Source: an uncultured delta proteobacterium
GTDB taxonomy: Bacteria > Myxococcota_A > Polyangia > Polyangiales > B10-G4
Assembly: GCA_963727445.1 (NCBI GenBank)
Contig: CAVSGI010000020.1
Coordinates: forward strand, 576,001-640,000
DNA: 64,000 nucleotides
Direction: 5' to 3'
The notes under the pieces were generated by a model that searched no databases, had not been told where the DNA came from, and saw only the letters and a program-made list of their open reading frames with translations. Made by a program: the position numbers and the translations under genes. Below are positions 28,293 through 38,198 of the stretch, piece after piece (within the stretch, counting starts at the first letter, position 1; every line of letters begins with the position of its first letter).

Positions 28293-31200
28293 ATGAGTTA
28301 TCCTTTCGAGGCCCCGTTGACACTCCCTGCCCGTACTCTGGCGCTGGCACTCCCCCTCGGCCTCGCCATCCTGCTGCTCTCGCCCCCGACGGTGGCGTTT
28401 GCCCAGGGCTGGGGTCTGACCCGCGAGCCGCGAACGAACATGGGCCGCTCGAGCATGGGCCGTTCGAGCATGGGCCGTTCGAGCATGGGCCGCTCGAGCA
28501 TGGGCCGCTCGAGCATGGGCCGGGCGGATCGGGGTGACGGACGCCAGGCCGCGGAAGACCGCCAGGACGAGAGCCGCCGCAGCGCCGTGCTCATCGAGCG
28601 CTACCTCGCGGTGCTCTCCGCGGACCCGCGCGAGTCCTTCGCGCTGACCCGGCTCCTCGATCTCTACCGCGAGCGCGACGGCAACGTGGAGGGGCTGATC
28701 ACCGAGATACGGCGGCGCATGGAAGCGGACGCCTCGGACTACGCGCCGCACATGATCCTCGGCCACGTCTACAAGGCGCAGGGGCGGGCTGGCGACGCCC
28801 GGGCAGAGTACGAGCGCGCCTCGGAGCTGCGGCCCGACGCGCCGGCGCCTCTCGTTTCGCTGGCGCGGATCGCCGTGGGCGATGGGGATCACGCCCGTGC
28901 GCGCCAGCTCTACGAGCGCGCCCTCGAACACACCGCGGAGCAGAACGCGAAGCAAGAGCTGCTCCGCCAGCTCGGCAGCGTGGCGCTCGCCATGGAGGAC
29001 TGGGACGGCGCGCGGGGCTACTACGATCGGTTGGCGCGCGGCGCCCAGGGCAGTGTCTTCCTGCTGACGGAGTACGCGCGCGCGCTGGTGGAGCAGGGGC
29101 AGCACGAGCGGGCGGTCGCCGAGTACGAGCGGGTGATCGGACGGCTCCGCGGCGACAACCGCGTCCTCTCTCCGATCCTCCGCGAGATGGGCGAAGCCCA
29201 GCTCGAGGCTGGCGACCCGAACGCCGCCATCGACACCTTGAACCGCGCGCTGCACCTCACCGGTCGCAACGCGGGTGTGCGCGTGGAGATCTACGACACG
29301 CTGGTGGAGGCATACCGGCGCGGGGACCGGTTGCCCGAGCTCGCCGAAGAGCTCTCTCGTCGCGGGGGCGGCTTCGAGGTGCAGGAGCTCCTGGGTCGCA
29401 TTCACGACGAGCTGGGTCACGAAGCCGAGGCCCTCGCCGCTTACCGTCGCGCCCTCGCGAGCAACCCGCGCCACATCGACACCCGCGTCCGCGTCATCCA
29501 GCTCCTCAGCCGCTCGGGGCGCATCGAGGACGTGATAGCCGAGTACGAATCGTTGATCCGGACCGCGCCGCGCGAGCCGCGTTTCGTGGTCGAGCTCGCC
29601 CAGCTCCTGATGCAGGTCGGCCGGCGTGAGGAGGCGCTGCGCCGCGCGGAGCAGACAAGTCGACACTATCCGCGCGAGGTGGCCGTGCATCAGGCGCTGG
29701 CCGAGCTCTACTCGCGCTGGGGCGAGGACGAGCTCGCCGCCCACGAGGTGGAGCACCTGGCGCGGATCGAGCCCAACGACCCGGCTCATCTCGTGGCCCT
29801 CGGCTCGCAGCAGCTGGAGGCGGGGGATCGCCGCGCCGCGGTGGCCACCTGGCGGCGGATCCTCACCACCACGAACGATCGCGGCGAAGCCCACGCGGCG
29901 CTGGGGGCGGTCTACGCCGACCACGACATGCTCGAAGAGGCGGCGCGCGAGTATCGCGAGGCGGTGAGCATCGCGCCGGAGGAGCTCGCCTACGTGCGCG
30001 GGCTCGCCAACGTCCTCGAGCGTCTGCGTCAGAACGACGAGGCGATTACTCAGTGGGAGCGGGTGCTCGCCCTGGCCGGTGACGACCGGGCTGCCAAGCG
30101 CGAGGCGCGCCAGCGCATCGTCGGCCTGTGGTCCCGCAGCCGGATGCTCGGCCAGCGCATCGCCGAGCTCACCCGGCGTTTCCGCGCCGATCCGCCAGAT
30201 GTCGAGGCGGGGCGCTTCCTCGCCGAGGCACATCGCCGCGCCGGGCCCGAGCACGCCGACGAGGCCGAGCGCGTGCTGGCGCGGGTGATCGCCCTCGAGC
30301 CCGGAGACGTGGAGAGCCTCCTCGCGCTCGAGCGCGTCCGCACCAGTCGGGGCGACCTCGCGGGCGCCATCGAAGTGTTGAGGCTCCTGGTGGAAGCCGA
30401 TGCACGCCGGGCGCCGAGCTATCTCTCGCGCATGGCGGAGCACGCGCTCTCGCTCTACCGCGACGAGGAGGCGGTGCAGTACGCGGCCCAGGCCGTCGAG
30501 CGCACGCCCGACGACGCGAACGCGCACCGGCGCCTCGGCGATCTCTACCGCGCGCGGCAGGACATGGGTCGAGCCATCGCCAGCTACCGGCGCGCGATCG
30601 AGCTCAACGACCGTCTCTTCCCGACCTACTTCGACCTCGCCGAGATCCATCTCGCGCAGGGCGACCTGAACGAGGCGGACCGTCTCTTCCGTCACGTGCT
30701 CTCGGCATCACCCGACGACGATCTGGTCTCCCGCGCGGCGCGCGCGTCGATCCAGATCCACCTCGGCGAGGGCACGCTCCTCGAGCTCGAGCGCGATCTC
30801 TTGCCCCTCGCCCTGGGCCATCCTCAGCGGCCCATCTACCGAAAGCTCGTGGTCGAGCTCTACGACGGGCTGGCGGCCCCCTGGATCGAAGCGCTCGGTC
30901 GCGGCGGTGAGAGCGCGAGCGAGGCGGAGGAACAGCTGCGTCGCCTCGGCACCCGTGCGCTCAAGCCGCTTCTCGAGGCGCTCTCCGACGACGACCCGGC
31001 GCAGCAGCGGGTCGCGGTGTCGATCCTCGGGCACCTCGCCAACGAGAACGCCGCCGCGCCACTCCTGGCGGCGGCGGAGAGCGACGGGGACATGAGTCTT
31101 CGCGTTCGCGCCCTCGCGGCTGCCGGCGCGGTCGCGCCCCCCGATCTCGCCCCGCGTTTTGCGGCCATCGCCGAAGGGCCGGAGCGGCGCTTGCGCGGCG

Positions 31201-32387
31201 TCGCCGGCTGGGGCCTCGCAAAGATGGGCGGCCGAGCGGCCATTCACGCGATGCGCGACCTGATCTCCCGCGGCGACCCCAGCGTGCGGGCCTTCGCGGC
31301 GCTCGGCCTCGGGCGCGCGCGCGATCGGGAGAGCAGCCAGTTGCTCTCCTCGCTCCTGCGCTCCGACCGCAGTGTCTACGTGCAAGCGGCCGCCGCGTGG
31401 GCCCTCGGGCAGCTCGGCGAGGAGCGCCACACCCAGCAGCTGGTCACGGTGCTCCGCGCGAACACCGGGGTCGTGGCCATCGCCGCCGCCGAGGCGCTCG
31501 GGAACATCGGCGATCCGGCCGCGCGCGAAGCGTTGGCGGAGGCGCTCTTCGATGCCGATGCGGACCAGCGGCAAGCGGCCGCTCGCGCGCTTCGCCGTCT
31601 CGCGCGCGGTGAGCGCGCCGAAGCGCCGCGCTTCGCGGTGCTGGCCCCGGGACGGACGGCGGCCGCTTATGTCGCTGCGTTGGTGCGCGCCGCAGACACC
31701 GAGGGGGAAACCGGGCCCTTCGATCTCGCCGAAGACCGCGACGCGCTGCGCGTGGCCGCGATCGACGCGCTCAGGGGACCGGTGGAGCGGGTGGCGGCTG
31801 CGCTCGAGGTGTTGAGTCAGGGCACGGGACCAGGCGTCGGTCTCGGGCCTCTGACCCGGGGGATGGACGCGTGGCCACAGGCGGCGCGCGCCGCCGCCGA
31901 GGAGGAGCTCGGCGAGCTCTCCCACGCGCTCCTCTCCGAGCTGCTGACGGTCGCCCGTCATCCGGCGCCGCAGGTCCGCGCCGCCGCGGTGCAGCTCCTC
32001 GCTCGCGTCGACGATCCGGACGCTCATCGTGCGGTCGCAGCAGCCCTCGACGACGAAGAGACACAGGTGCTCCGCGCGGCGCTCTCCGCGCTGAGGGCGG
32101 GCAACACCTCCGCGGTCCCACGGGTCGCGGCGATCCTGCGCACCCACGGCGATTGGGCGGTGCGCACCCTCGCCGCGCAGACGCTCGGGCGTATCGGCGG
32201 CGACGAGGGCCGCGCAGCGCTCGAGGAAGCGCTCGCCGAAGACGACTACGCCTTCGTACGACAGGCCGCGGCGCGCGCGCTCGCGACCCTCGGCGGCGCA
32301 GCCTCGCGCCCGGCGCTCTCGCGCGCGGCCGAAGGCGACCCCGAGCCGCGGGTGCGCGAAGCGGCCGAGCGCGCGCTCGCGCAGTAG
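28293..32387 (+). CDS. Large exported TPR-repeat plus HEAT-repeat protein
   Basis: Signal peptide ending AFA-Q; long TPR array, then HEAT/PBS-lyase-like repeats (VRAAA..ALG). Confidence 0.85.
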   Translation: MSYPFEAPLTLPARTLALALPLGLAILLLSPPTVAFAQGWGLTREPRTNMGRSSMGRSSMGRSSMGRSSMGRSSMGRADRGDGRQAAEDRQDESRRSAVLIERYLAVLSADPRESFALTRLLDLYRERDGNVEGLITEIRRRMEADASDYAPHMILGHVYKAQGRAGDARAEYERASELRPDAPAPLVSLARIAVGDGDHARARQLYERALEHTAEQNAKQELLRQLGSVALAMEDWDGARGYYDRLARGAQGSVFLLTEYARALVEQGQHERAVAEYERVIGRLRGDNRVLSPILREMGEAQLEAGDPNAAIDTLNRALHLTGRNAGVRVEIYDTLVEAYRRGDRLPELAEELSRRGGGFEVQELLGRIHDELGHEAEALAAYRRALASNPRHIDTRVRVIQLLSRSGRIEDVIAEYESLIRTAPREPRFVVELAQLLMQVGRREEALRRAEQTSRHYPREVAVHQALAELYSRWGEDELAAHEVEHLARIEPNDPAHLVALGSQQLEAGDRRAAVATWRRILTTTNDRGEAHAALGAVYADHDMLEEAAREYREAVSIAPEELAYVRGLANVLERLRQNDEAITQWERVLALAGDDRAAKREARQRIVGLWSRSRMLGQRIAELTRRFRADPPDVEAGRFLAEAHRRAGPEHADEAERVLARVIALEPGDVESLLALERVRTSRGDLAGAIEVLRLLVEADARRAPSYLSRMAEHALSLYRDEEAVQYAAQAVERTPDDANAHRRLGDLYRARQDMGRAIASYRRAIELNDRLFPTYFDLAEIHLAQGDLNEADRLFRHVLSASPDDDLVSRAARASIQIHLGEGTLLELERDLLPLALGHPQRPIYRKLVVELYDGLAAPWIEALGRGGESASEAEEQLRRLGTRALKPLLEALSDDDPAQQRVAVSILGHLANENAAAPLLAAAESDGDMSLRVRALAAAGAVAPPDLAPRFAAIAEGPERRLRGVAGWGLAKMGGRAAIHAMRDLISRGDPSVRAFAALGLGRARDRESSQLLSSLLRSDRSVYVQAAAAWALGQLGEERHTQQLVTVLRANTGVVAIAAAEALGNIGDPAAREALAEALFDADADQRQAAARALRRLARGERAEAPRFAVLAPGRTAAAYVAALVRAADTEGETGPFDLAEDRDALRVAAIDALRGPVERVAAALEVLSQGTGPGVGLGPLTRGMDAWPQAARAAAEEELGELSHALLSELLTVARHPAPQVRAAAVQLLARVDDPDAHRAVAAALDDEETQVLRAALSALRAGNTSAVPRVAAILRTHGDWAVRTLAAQTLGRIGGDEGRAALEEALAEDDYAFVRQAAARALATLGGAASRPALSRAAEGDPEPRVREAAERALAQ
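28440..28522 (+). repeat. 15-bp coding tandem repeat atgggccg(c/t)tcgagc encoding MGRSS
   Basis: Five full units plus a partial sixth. Confidence 0.95.
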
Positions 32388-32441
32388 CACCCCGCCGACG
32401 CGGCGTGCGTGGGGGTGTTGAGGTGGCCTCTACAATGGGCT

Positions 32442-33914
32442 CTATCCGAAAGCGGCTTGCATGCGGTCGGCGAGAGCCTCGACGACTGCCACGCGCGCGT
32501 GGCGTTTGTCGTTCGCCGCGATGATCGTCCAAGGCGCGATCTCCGTGCTCGTCCGCTCGACCATGTCGTGCACCGCGAGCTCGTAGGGCTGCCACTTCTC
32601 GCGGTTGCGCCAGTCTTCGTCGGTGATCTTGTGGCGCTTGAAGGCCACGCGCTTTCGCTCCTCGAAGCGACGCAGCTGCTCCTCGGAGTCGATGTGTAGC
32701 CAGAACTTCACCACGACGATGCCGTTCTCGACGAGCGTCTCCTCGAAGTCGTTGATCTCCGAGTAGGCGCGGGCCCAATCCCACGCGGGCGAAAAGCCCT
32801 CGACCCGCTCCACCAGCACCCGCCCGTACCAGCTTCGATCGAAGATGGTGAAGTGCGCGTGGGCAGGCAGGTTCCGCCAGAATCGCCACAGGTAGGGCTG
32901 TGCTCGCTCTTCCTCGGTCGGTGCGGCGATCGGGACGACCTGGTATTGGCGGGCATCGAGCGCCCGGGTGACCCGGCGGATGGCGCCTCCCTTGCCGGCG
33001 GCGTCCCAGCCTTCGAAGACAGCGACTACCGAGCGATCGCGAAACGCCTTGTGCCTGCTGAGCCTGTTCAGCCTTTCCTGTGCCCTGGGGAGAGCGCGCT
33101 CGTATTCGTTCTTGTCGAGTGCTTGCGACAGGTCCACGTGCGAGAGCAAGAGCTTGCCGTCGACGGGGGTGTTGTCATCGAAGGTGATCTCTGGCTTGAC
33201 CTGTGGCTGCAGGGCGTGCTCCAGAGCGCGAAGCACGTGGCGTCCGACGGTGAGGTTGCGAAAGCGCGGTTCGTAGCCCGCGACCAGCTCCCAGGTCGTG
33301 CTCTCGCGGCTGGTCTCGCGGACCGTGCGCTCGGCGATGGCCAGGAAGCGATCGCGGCTCTCGTAGCCGCGCCAGTCCTTCTTCGAAACGCGCCAGCGCG
33401 TCTTCTTGTCCTTCTCGAGCTCTTCGAGACGCTTCTTCTGCTGCTTCTTGGAGAGGTGGAACCACAGCTTGAGGAGCACGACGCCTTCGTCGGTGAGCAT
33501 CTTCTCGAAGCGCCGGATGCGCAGAAGCGCCTGATCGTACTCGACGTCCGTGATGCGCCCGGCGATCCGATCCGCCATCGGCTTCGAGTACCAGGAACCG
33601 AAGAAGACGCCGGTCCGACCGTTGGGCGGCAGCGCGCGCCAGAAGCGATAGAGGCGCGGACGCGCGAGCTCTTCGTCGGTCGGTGTACGCATCGCGCGGG
33701 TGCGGACGTAGCGCGGGTCGAGCCAGTCGTTGAGCAGGTTGATGGTCTCGCCTTTGCCCGCGCCGTCGAGGCCCGAGACCACGATGACCACGGCCCGCTT
33801 CGGGTCGTCCTTGAGCGCCAACTGGGCAAAAAGGAGGGCCTCCCGGAGCTTCGGCACCTCCTCGCGGTACTGTGCTTTGCTGATTTTCCGGGGGATCTCG
33901 GCGACCTCGAACAT
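32442..33914 (-). CDS. pap: Polyphosphate:AMP phosphotransferase (two-domain PPK2)
   Basis: Two PPK2 domains: GLDGAGKG and EGWDAAGKGGAIRR, YLWRFW, FDRSWYGRVLVERVEG. Confidence 0.93.
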   Translation of the reverse strand: MFEVAEIPRKISKAQYREEVPKLREALLFAQLALKDDPKRAVVIVVSGLDGAGKGETINLLNDWLDPRYVRTRAMRTPTDEELARPRLYRFWRALPPNGRTGVFFGSWYSKPMADRIAGRITDVEYDQALLRIRRFEKMLTDEGVVLLKLWFHLSKKQQKKRLEELEKDKKTRWRVSKKDWRGYESRDRFLAIAERTVRETSRESTTWELVAGYEPRFRNLTVGRHVLRALEHALQPQVKPEITFDDNTPVDGKLLLSHVDLSQALDKNEYERALPRAQERLNRLSRHKAFRDRSVVAVFEGWDAAGKGGAIRRVTRALDARQYQVVPIAAPTEEERAQPYLWRFWRNLPAHAHFTIFDRSWYGRVLVERVEGFSPAWDWARAYSEINDFEETLVENGIVVVKFWLHIDSEEQLRRFEERKRVAFKRHKITDEDWRNREKWQPYELAVHDMVERTSTEIAPWTIIAANDKRHARVAVVEALADRMQAAFG

Positions 33915-33956
33915 CGAAGGACCATACCGCCATCGCCGACGCCTTTTCGGGATTCG

Positions 33957-33986
33957 TTGACGGCGCGGCCCTCCATCGCCTACAAA
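33957..33986 (+). promoter_or_regulatory. Putative sigma70 promoter
   Basis: TTGACG-N18-TACAAA. Confidence 0.4.
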
Positions 33987-34024
33987 TCGCCAGGATTGCT
34001 CGGGTAAGGGGTGATTCGAACGAA

Positions 34025-35008
34025 ATGGATCAAGGCATCGGGATCGCGTGTGGTCAGTGCGACACGTTCAGCCCGATGGGTGTGGGCACCTGCCCAGCCT
34101 GTGGAGGCGACCTGTCGCTCGACCCTCGACCGAAGAGTCGAGAGGTGGCAGCCGCCCCTGCGCCCGAACCGACCCCGGCAACCGCCCCGTCGTCAACGAC
34201 GCTGACTAGAGAGGAACTGATGGAGCAAGCGCGCAATTACGTCTGCAAGCAGTGCTCGAGCCCGGTGCCGTCCGGCCACAAGTTCTGTGGCGCATGCGGG
34301 GCCACGGTTCCCAAAGAGATCCAGGATCTCCAGGTGGACTTCTTCGGCGCCATGCAGGCGCCGGGCAAGGCACGCCTGATCCTGATCCGCGGTGACCAGG
34401 GTGTCGACGGTCTCAGCTATCTGCTGCAGGGGACGGAGCACGTCGCCGGCCGGCAGGATGCACAGATCCTCTTCCCCGAGGACACCTGGCTCAGCCCGCG
34501 CCATGCGAACTTCATCTATCGCGGCGAGAAGCTCGTCGTGCGTGACGAGGGGAGCAAGAACGGCGTGTACGTTCGAGTTCGCCAGCCGGTGCCGCTCAAA
34601 GCGGGGGACCAGTTCCTCTGCGGTGACGAGGTCTTCCGGATCGACACCACGCCGAAGGACACTTCCGGCCCGGAGCCCGATCAGACCTATTTCTACAGCT
34701 CGCCCAAGCGCCCGAGTCCGTTCCGCCTGACCCAGGTGCTCAAGGGCGGCGCCGACGGCATGGTGTTCTGCGCGCGTGAAAACAACGCCACCATCGGTCG
34801 CGAAGAGTGCGACATGAACTTCCCGGACGACATCTACATGTCCGGCAACCACGCCAAGGTCGAGCTCAACGCCGATGGCTCGTTCACGCTCTCGGATCTC
34901 GGCAGCAAGAACGGCACCTACGCCCGCATCGACGGCGAGCAGGAGCTGTCGCACGGGGACTATCTCTTCCTGGGCAAGCAGCTCCTCCGCGTCGAGATGA
35001 CGACGTAG
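34025..35008 (+). CDS. Double zinc-ribbon plus tandem FHA domain protein
   Basis: CGQC..CPAC and CKQC..CGAC; two FHA domains with GR, SxxH and NG residues. Confidence 0.88.
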   Translation: MDQGIGIACGQCDTFSPMGVGTCPACGGDLSLDPRPKSREVAAAPAPEPTPATAPSSTTLTREELMEQARNYVCKQCSSPVPSGHKFCGACGATVPKEIQDLQVDFFGAMQAPGKARLILIRGDQGVDGLSYLLQGTEHVAGRQDAQILFPEDTWLSPRHANFIYRGEKLVVRDEGSKNGVYVRVRQPVPLKAGDQFLCGDEVFRIDTTPKDTSGPEPDQTYFYSSPKRPSPFRLTQVLKGGADGMVFCARENNATIGREECDMNFPDDIYMSGNHAKVELNADGSFTLSDLGSKNGTYARIDGEQELSHGDYLFLGKQLLRVEMTT

Positions 35009-35065
35009 TCATGGAGAAGGCGAAGCGGGGCGCCGCGAAGCGGCGTCGCCGGGAGTGCGTAGCGC

Positions 35066-36736
35066 TCACTCGTTGGTGGCGATGATCCGCTCGACGACGG
35101 CGCGGTCCGCCGCGTTGGGGGCGAGCTCCAGGTAACGCCGATAGGCGCGGACGCCCTGAGCGGTCTCGTCGATCCGCATGTACGAACGCCCCAGCTCCTT
35201 CTGAACCCGCGCGCTCTGGGGCATCAGCCGCGCGGCCTCGCGGAAGCGGGTGATCGCCCCGCGGTAGTCGTTGGCGAGGAAGCGCTGCCGTCCCTCGCGG
35301 AACGCGATCTCACCCGGGCTCTCGGTGGGCGGGTCGGTGTTCTCCTCGGCGCTGCTGTCCGTGCGCCGCATTCCTCGAAACATGCGCGAGCGACCGCCGG
35401 TGTGTGGGCGCTCGGTGTTCTGTGAGGCGCCGGTGTCGGCCACCGCGACGACGAGCGCGTCGCTCGCCGCGTCGGTCGCCGCGTCGGGCTCGGTGTTCGC
35501 CACCCATGCGTCTTCGAGCGCCGCGTCTGGTTCCGAGTCGCCCCCATCCAGAGGCGGCGGGGTCGCGATGTGCACGGTGTTGTCGGTGCCGTTCGCTTCG
35601 TCGCGCTCGCGCGCGCTGTAAAAGGCCAGCCCCACCGCCGCGGCGCCGAACACCATGAGGAGGAACACCCACGCGTAGCTCTGAGGCTTCTCGTCGGCGG
35701 CCGTATCCATCTCGCCCACGTCGGTGTCGCCCTCGACCTCGAAGCTCCCGAGTGGCTTGTCGGCATCCTCGCCCAGCGCCCGCACCGCGTCGCGGAGCTC
35801 GGTGCTCATCGTCGCCGCATCGCCGTAGCGTTGCTCGCGGTCCTTGGTCATGGCCTTGAGGCACACCCGCTCGAGGACCATCGGGATGTGCCACTCCGGC
35901 TTGCGCACGCTCGGCGGAATCGGCCTTTCCGTCAGATGCTTGGTGATGATGCCGAGCGCGGATTCGGCCATGAACGGCAGGGAGGCGGTGAGCATCTGGT
36001 AGAGCATGCAGCCCGCGGCATAGATGTCGGCGCGCTTGTCCAGCTCTTCGCCACGCGCCTGCTCGGGCGCCATGTACTCGGGCGTACCACAGACGAAGCC
36101 AGTGACGGTGATCGCCGAGCCGCCCTCGGCTTCCTGGATCTTCGCGATCCCGAAGTCGCAGACCTTGATGTGCTCTTCACCGCTCGGTGATTCGAGGACC
36201 ACCACGTTTTCCGGTTTCAGATCACGGTGGATGATGCCGGCGTGATGCGCCGAGTCGAGCGCGCTCAACACCTGCTTCATGATCTCGTAGATCCGGCGCG
36301 GAGTGAGCGGGGCGTCCTCCTCGATCACCGCCAGCAGGTCGTCGCCGTCGAGGAGCTCCATCGCGATGAAGAGCGTTCCGTCCTTCGCTTCGCCGAAATC
36401 GATGATGTGGAGCGAGTTCGGGTGGCTCAAGCGGCTGGCGGCGCGCGCTTCTCGATGGAAGCGCTTTTTGACCTTGGGGTCGTTCGCGAGGTGCTTGTGC
36501 AGCACCTTGATCGCGATGTCCTTCTCCAGGGCCAGCTGGCGCGCTTCGTACACGCGACCCATGGCCCCTTCTCCGATGAGCTCGATGATCTCGTACTTGT
36601 CGGCGATCGTCCGCCCGATCATCGCATCGGCGTCGTCATCGTCTGCCTTGAGCGCGTGCGGCAGCGTGCGACCACACGCTTTACAGACTTCGTCGCCGGG
36701 GACGACCTTGGCGCTGCATCTCGGACATACGGCCAT
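35066..36736 (-). CDS. Zinc-ribbon Ser/Thr kinase with TM helix and C-terminal TPR
   Basis: CPRC..CKAC; IGEGAMGRV, HRDLKPEN, DFG and YMAPE motifs; TM helix; AYRRYLELAPNA TPR. Confidence 0.92.
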   Translation of the reverse strand: MAVCPRCSAKVVPGDEVCKACGRTLPHALKADDDDADAMIGRTIADKYEIIELIGEGAMGRVYEARQLALEKDIAIKVLHKHLANDPKVKKRFHREARAASRLSHPNSLHIIDFGEAKDGTLFIAMELLDGDDLLAVIEEDAPLTPRRIYEIMKQVLSALDSAHHAGIIHRDLKPENVVVLESPSGEEHIKVCDFGIAKIQEAEGGSAITVTGFVCGTPEYMAPEQARGEELDKRADIYAAGCMLYQMLTASLPFMAESALGIITKHLTERPIPPSVRKPEWHIPMVLERVCLKAMTKDREQRYGDAATMSTELRDAVRALGEDADKPLGSFEVEGDTDVGEMDTAADEKPQSYAWVFLLMVFGAAAVGLAFYSARERDEANGTDNTVHIATPPPLDGGDSEPDAALEDAWVANTEPDAATDAASDALVVAVADTGASQNTERPHTGGRSRMFRGMRRTDSSAEENTDPPTESPGEIAFREGRQRFLANDYRGAITRFREAARLMPQSARVQKELGRSYMRIDETAQGVRAYRRYLELAPNAADRAVVERIIATNE

Positions 36737-36949
36737 CAGCGAAGAGCCGGGTTCTGCGAGCCGGAGGGGCGTTCATCGACCGACCGACCCGCCGACAGGG
36801 GGGCGGGCGCAATCTAGCACTCTGGCCCCGAGGGCGGTACGTCTGGGCGGCCGGGAGGCGCCGCCGCCCGTGCTTCGCGGCCTTTCCGCCCGCCGCCCCT
36901 GCACTTTTGGGGCGGTCCACGGCCCCGCTTTTCGGCCCCCAAACGCTCC

Positions 36950-36979
36950 TTGACCCCATCGGCGGGCGATGCCTATCCT
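36950..36979 (+). promoter_or_regulatory. Putative sigma70 promoter
   Basis: TTGACC-N18-TATCCT. Confidence 0.55.
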
Positions 36980-37044
36980 CCCCGAACGCAAAGCGTTTTT
37001 CCCCCTCTCTCAGAGGGGTGTTTTCTGTCGCGTGGAGGAGCCCG

Positions 37045-38166
37045 GTGATCGTTTGTCCCAGGTGCGCCAAGGAAAATCAGGACCATTACAAGTTCTGCCT
37101 CGGCTGTGGGGCTGAGCTGCCCCGGGACGCAGCACAGCAGCCCAAGAGCTTTTCCGCGCCCACCCCCCCTGCGGGTTTTCCCAAGGAGGGCAACGCTGCC
37201 GTTGTAGGCAGCGGGCCGACGCCCGCTGCGGGCGCGCAGTTCGGTGGTGCGGCTGCCATGTCGCCGGGTGGTGGCGGTGGTGGTGCGGTGGCCGCGGCGA
37301 CGCCCGCGCCCCCATCCGCGCCTCAGCCGAGCGCAGCGACGCCTGCCCCCGCGGCCGGCGGCGGCATGCTGACCTGCCCGAAGTGCAACAACTCCGTGCC
37401 GCCGAACTTCAAGTTCTGCGGAAGCTGCGGTCATCCCATGGCCGAGGTGCAGGCGGCAGCAGCCGCGGCGCCCTCCAACGGAGGCGGTGCAGCCGCAGCG
37501 GCAGCACCCGCAGCGGCGGCGGCGCCGGCGGCGGACTCGGGCCGTGGTTCGCTCGTGCTGATCCGCCCCGACGGAACGGAGGGCGATGCCTTCCCCATCG
37601 GCGACTCGACCACCATCGGTCGCGAAACGGGCGCGCTCTTCGCCGCCGACTCCTATCTGTCGCCGACCCACGCCACCTTCTCGTTCTCCGGAAACGATCT
37701 CTCGGTGAAGGACGAGGGCAGCCTCAACGGCCTGTACGTCCGCGTCGACGCGGACGTTCCATACGAGCTCGCCGACGGGAGCATCTTCCGCATCGGCCAG
37801 GAGATCCTCCGTTTCGAGACCCTCGATCGGAAGGCGCCCGACGCGGACGGAGTCGAGCTGATGGGGAGCCCGGACCCGGGCTACCTCGGCCGGATCCGCC
37901 TGGTGATCGGTCGCGAGACCTACGGCAACAGCTACTGCGTTCCCCCCGAGGGCCTGCACCTCGGCCGCGAGCGTGGCGACATCATCTTCCCCGACGACGG
38001 CTACGTTTCGGGGCTGCACTGCCGTATCCACGGCGAGGGCGGCCGCATCTTCCTCACCGACGTGGGGAGCTCCAACGGCACCTTCATGCGCGTCGAGGGA
38101 TCAGCGCCCATCAAGAGCGGCTCGATGGTGCTGATGGGTCAGCAGCTCTTCCGCGTCGAGTACTGA
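37045..38166 (+). CDS. Double zinc-ribbon plus tandem FHA domain protein (paralog of 34025-35008)
   Basis: GGAG RBS before GTG 37045; CPRC..CLGC and CPKC..CGSC; two FHA domains. Confidence 0.88.
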   Translation: MIVCPRCAKENQDHYKFCLGCGAELPRDAAQQPKSFSAPTPPAGFPKEGNAAVVGSGPTPAAGAQFGGAAAMSPGGGGGGAVAAATPAPPSAPQPSAATPAPAAGGGMLTCPKCNNSVPPNFKFCGSCGHPMAEVQAAAAAAPSNGGGAAAAAAPAAAAAPAADSGRGSLVLIRPDGTEGDAFPIGDSTTIGRETGALFAADSYLSPTHATFSFSGNDLSVKDEGSLNGLYVRVDADVPYELADGSIFRIGQEILRFETLDRKAPDADGVELMGSPDPGYLGRIRLVIGRETYGNSYCVPPEGLHLGRERGDIIFPDDGYVSGLHCRIHGEGGRIFLTDVGSSNGTFMRVEGSAPIKSGSMVLMGQQLFRVEY

Positions 38167-38195
38167 GCAGCTCGTTCGCGTCGAGTACTGAGCAG
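38141..38195 (+). repeat. 25-bp tandem duplication of the FHA gene 3' end
   Basis: 38141-38165 versus 38166-38190 (2 mismatches), plus agcag at 38191-38195. Confidence 0.85.
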
Positions 38196-38198
38196 ACG

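Noticed and set aside
20304..28522. 15-bp tandem arrays as CRISPR
   Set aside because: The units are contiguous, have no spacers, are in frame within genes, and no cas genes are present.
28197..30695. 1058-aa minus-strand ORF as a giant HAD fusion
   Set aside because: The upstream ~830 codons are the antisense shadow of the TPR gene; only the HAD part has motifs.
34211..34222. Internal GAGGA-N4-ATG as the true start of the first FHA gene
   Set aside because: The upstream frame encodes a complete zinc ribbon mirroring the paralog; a shorter isoform cannot be excluded but is unsupported.
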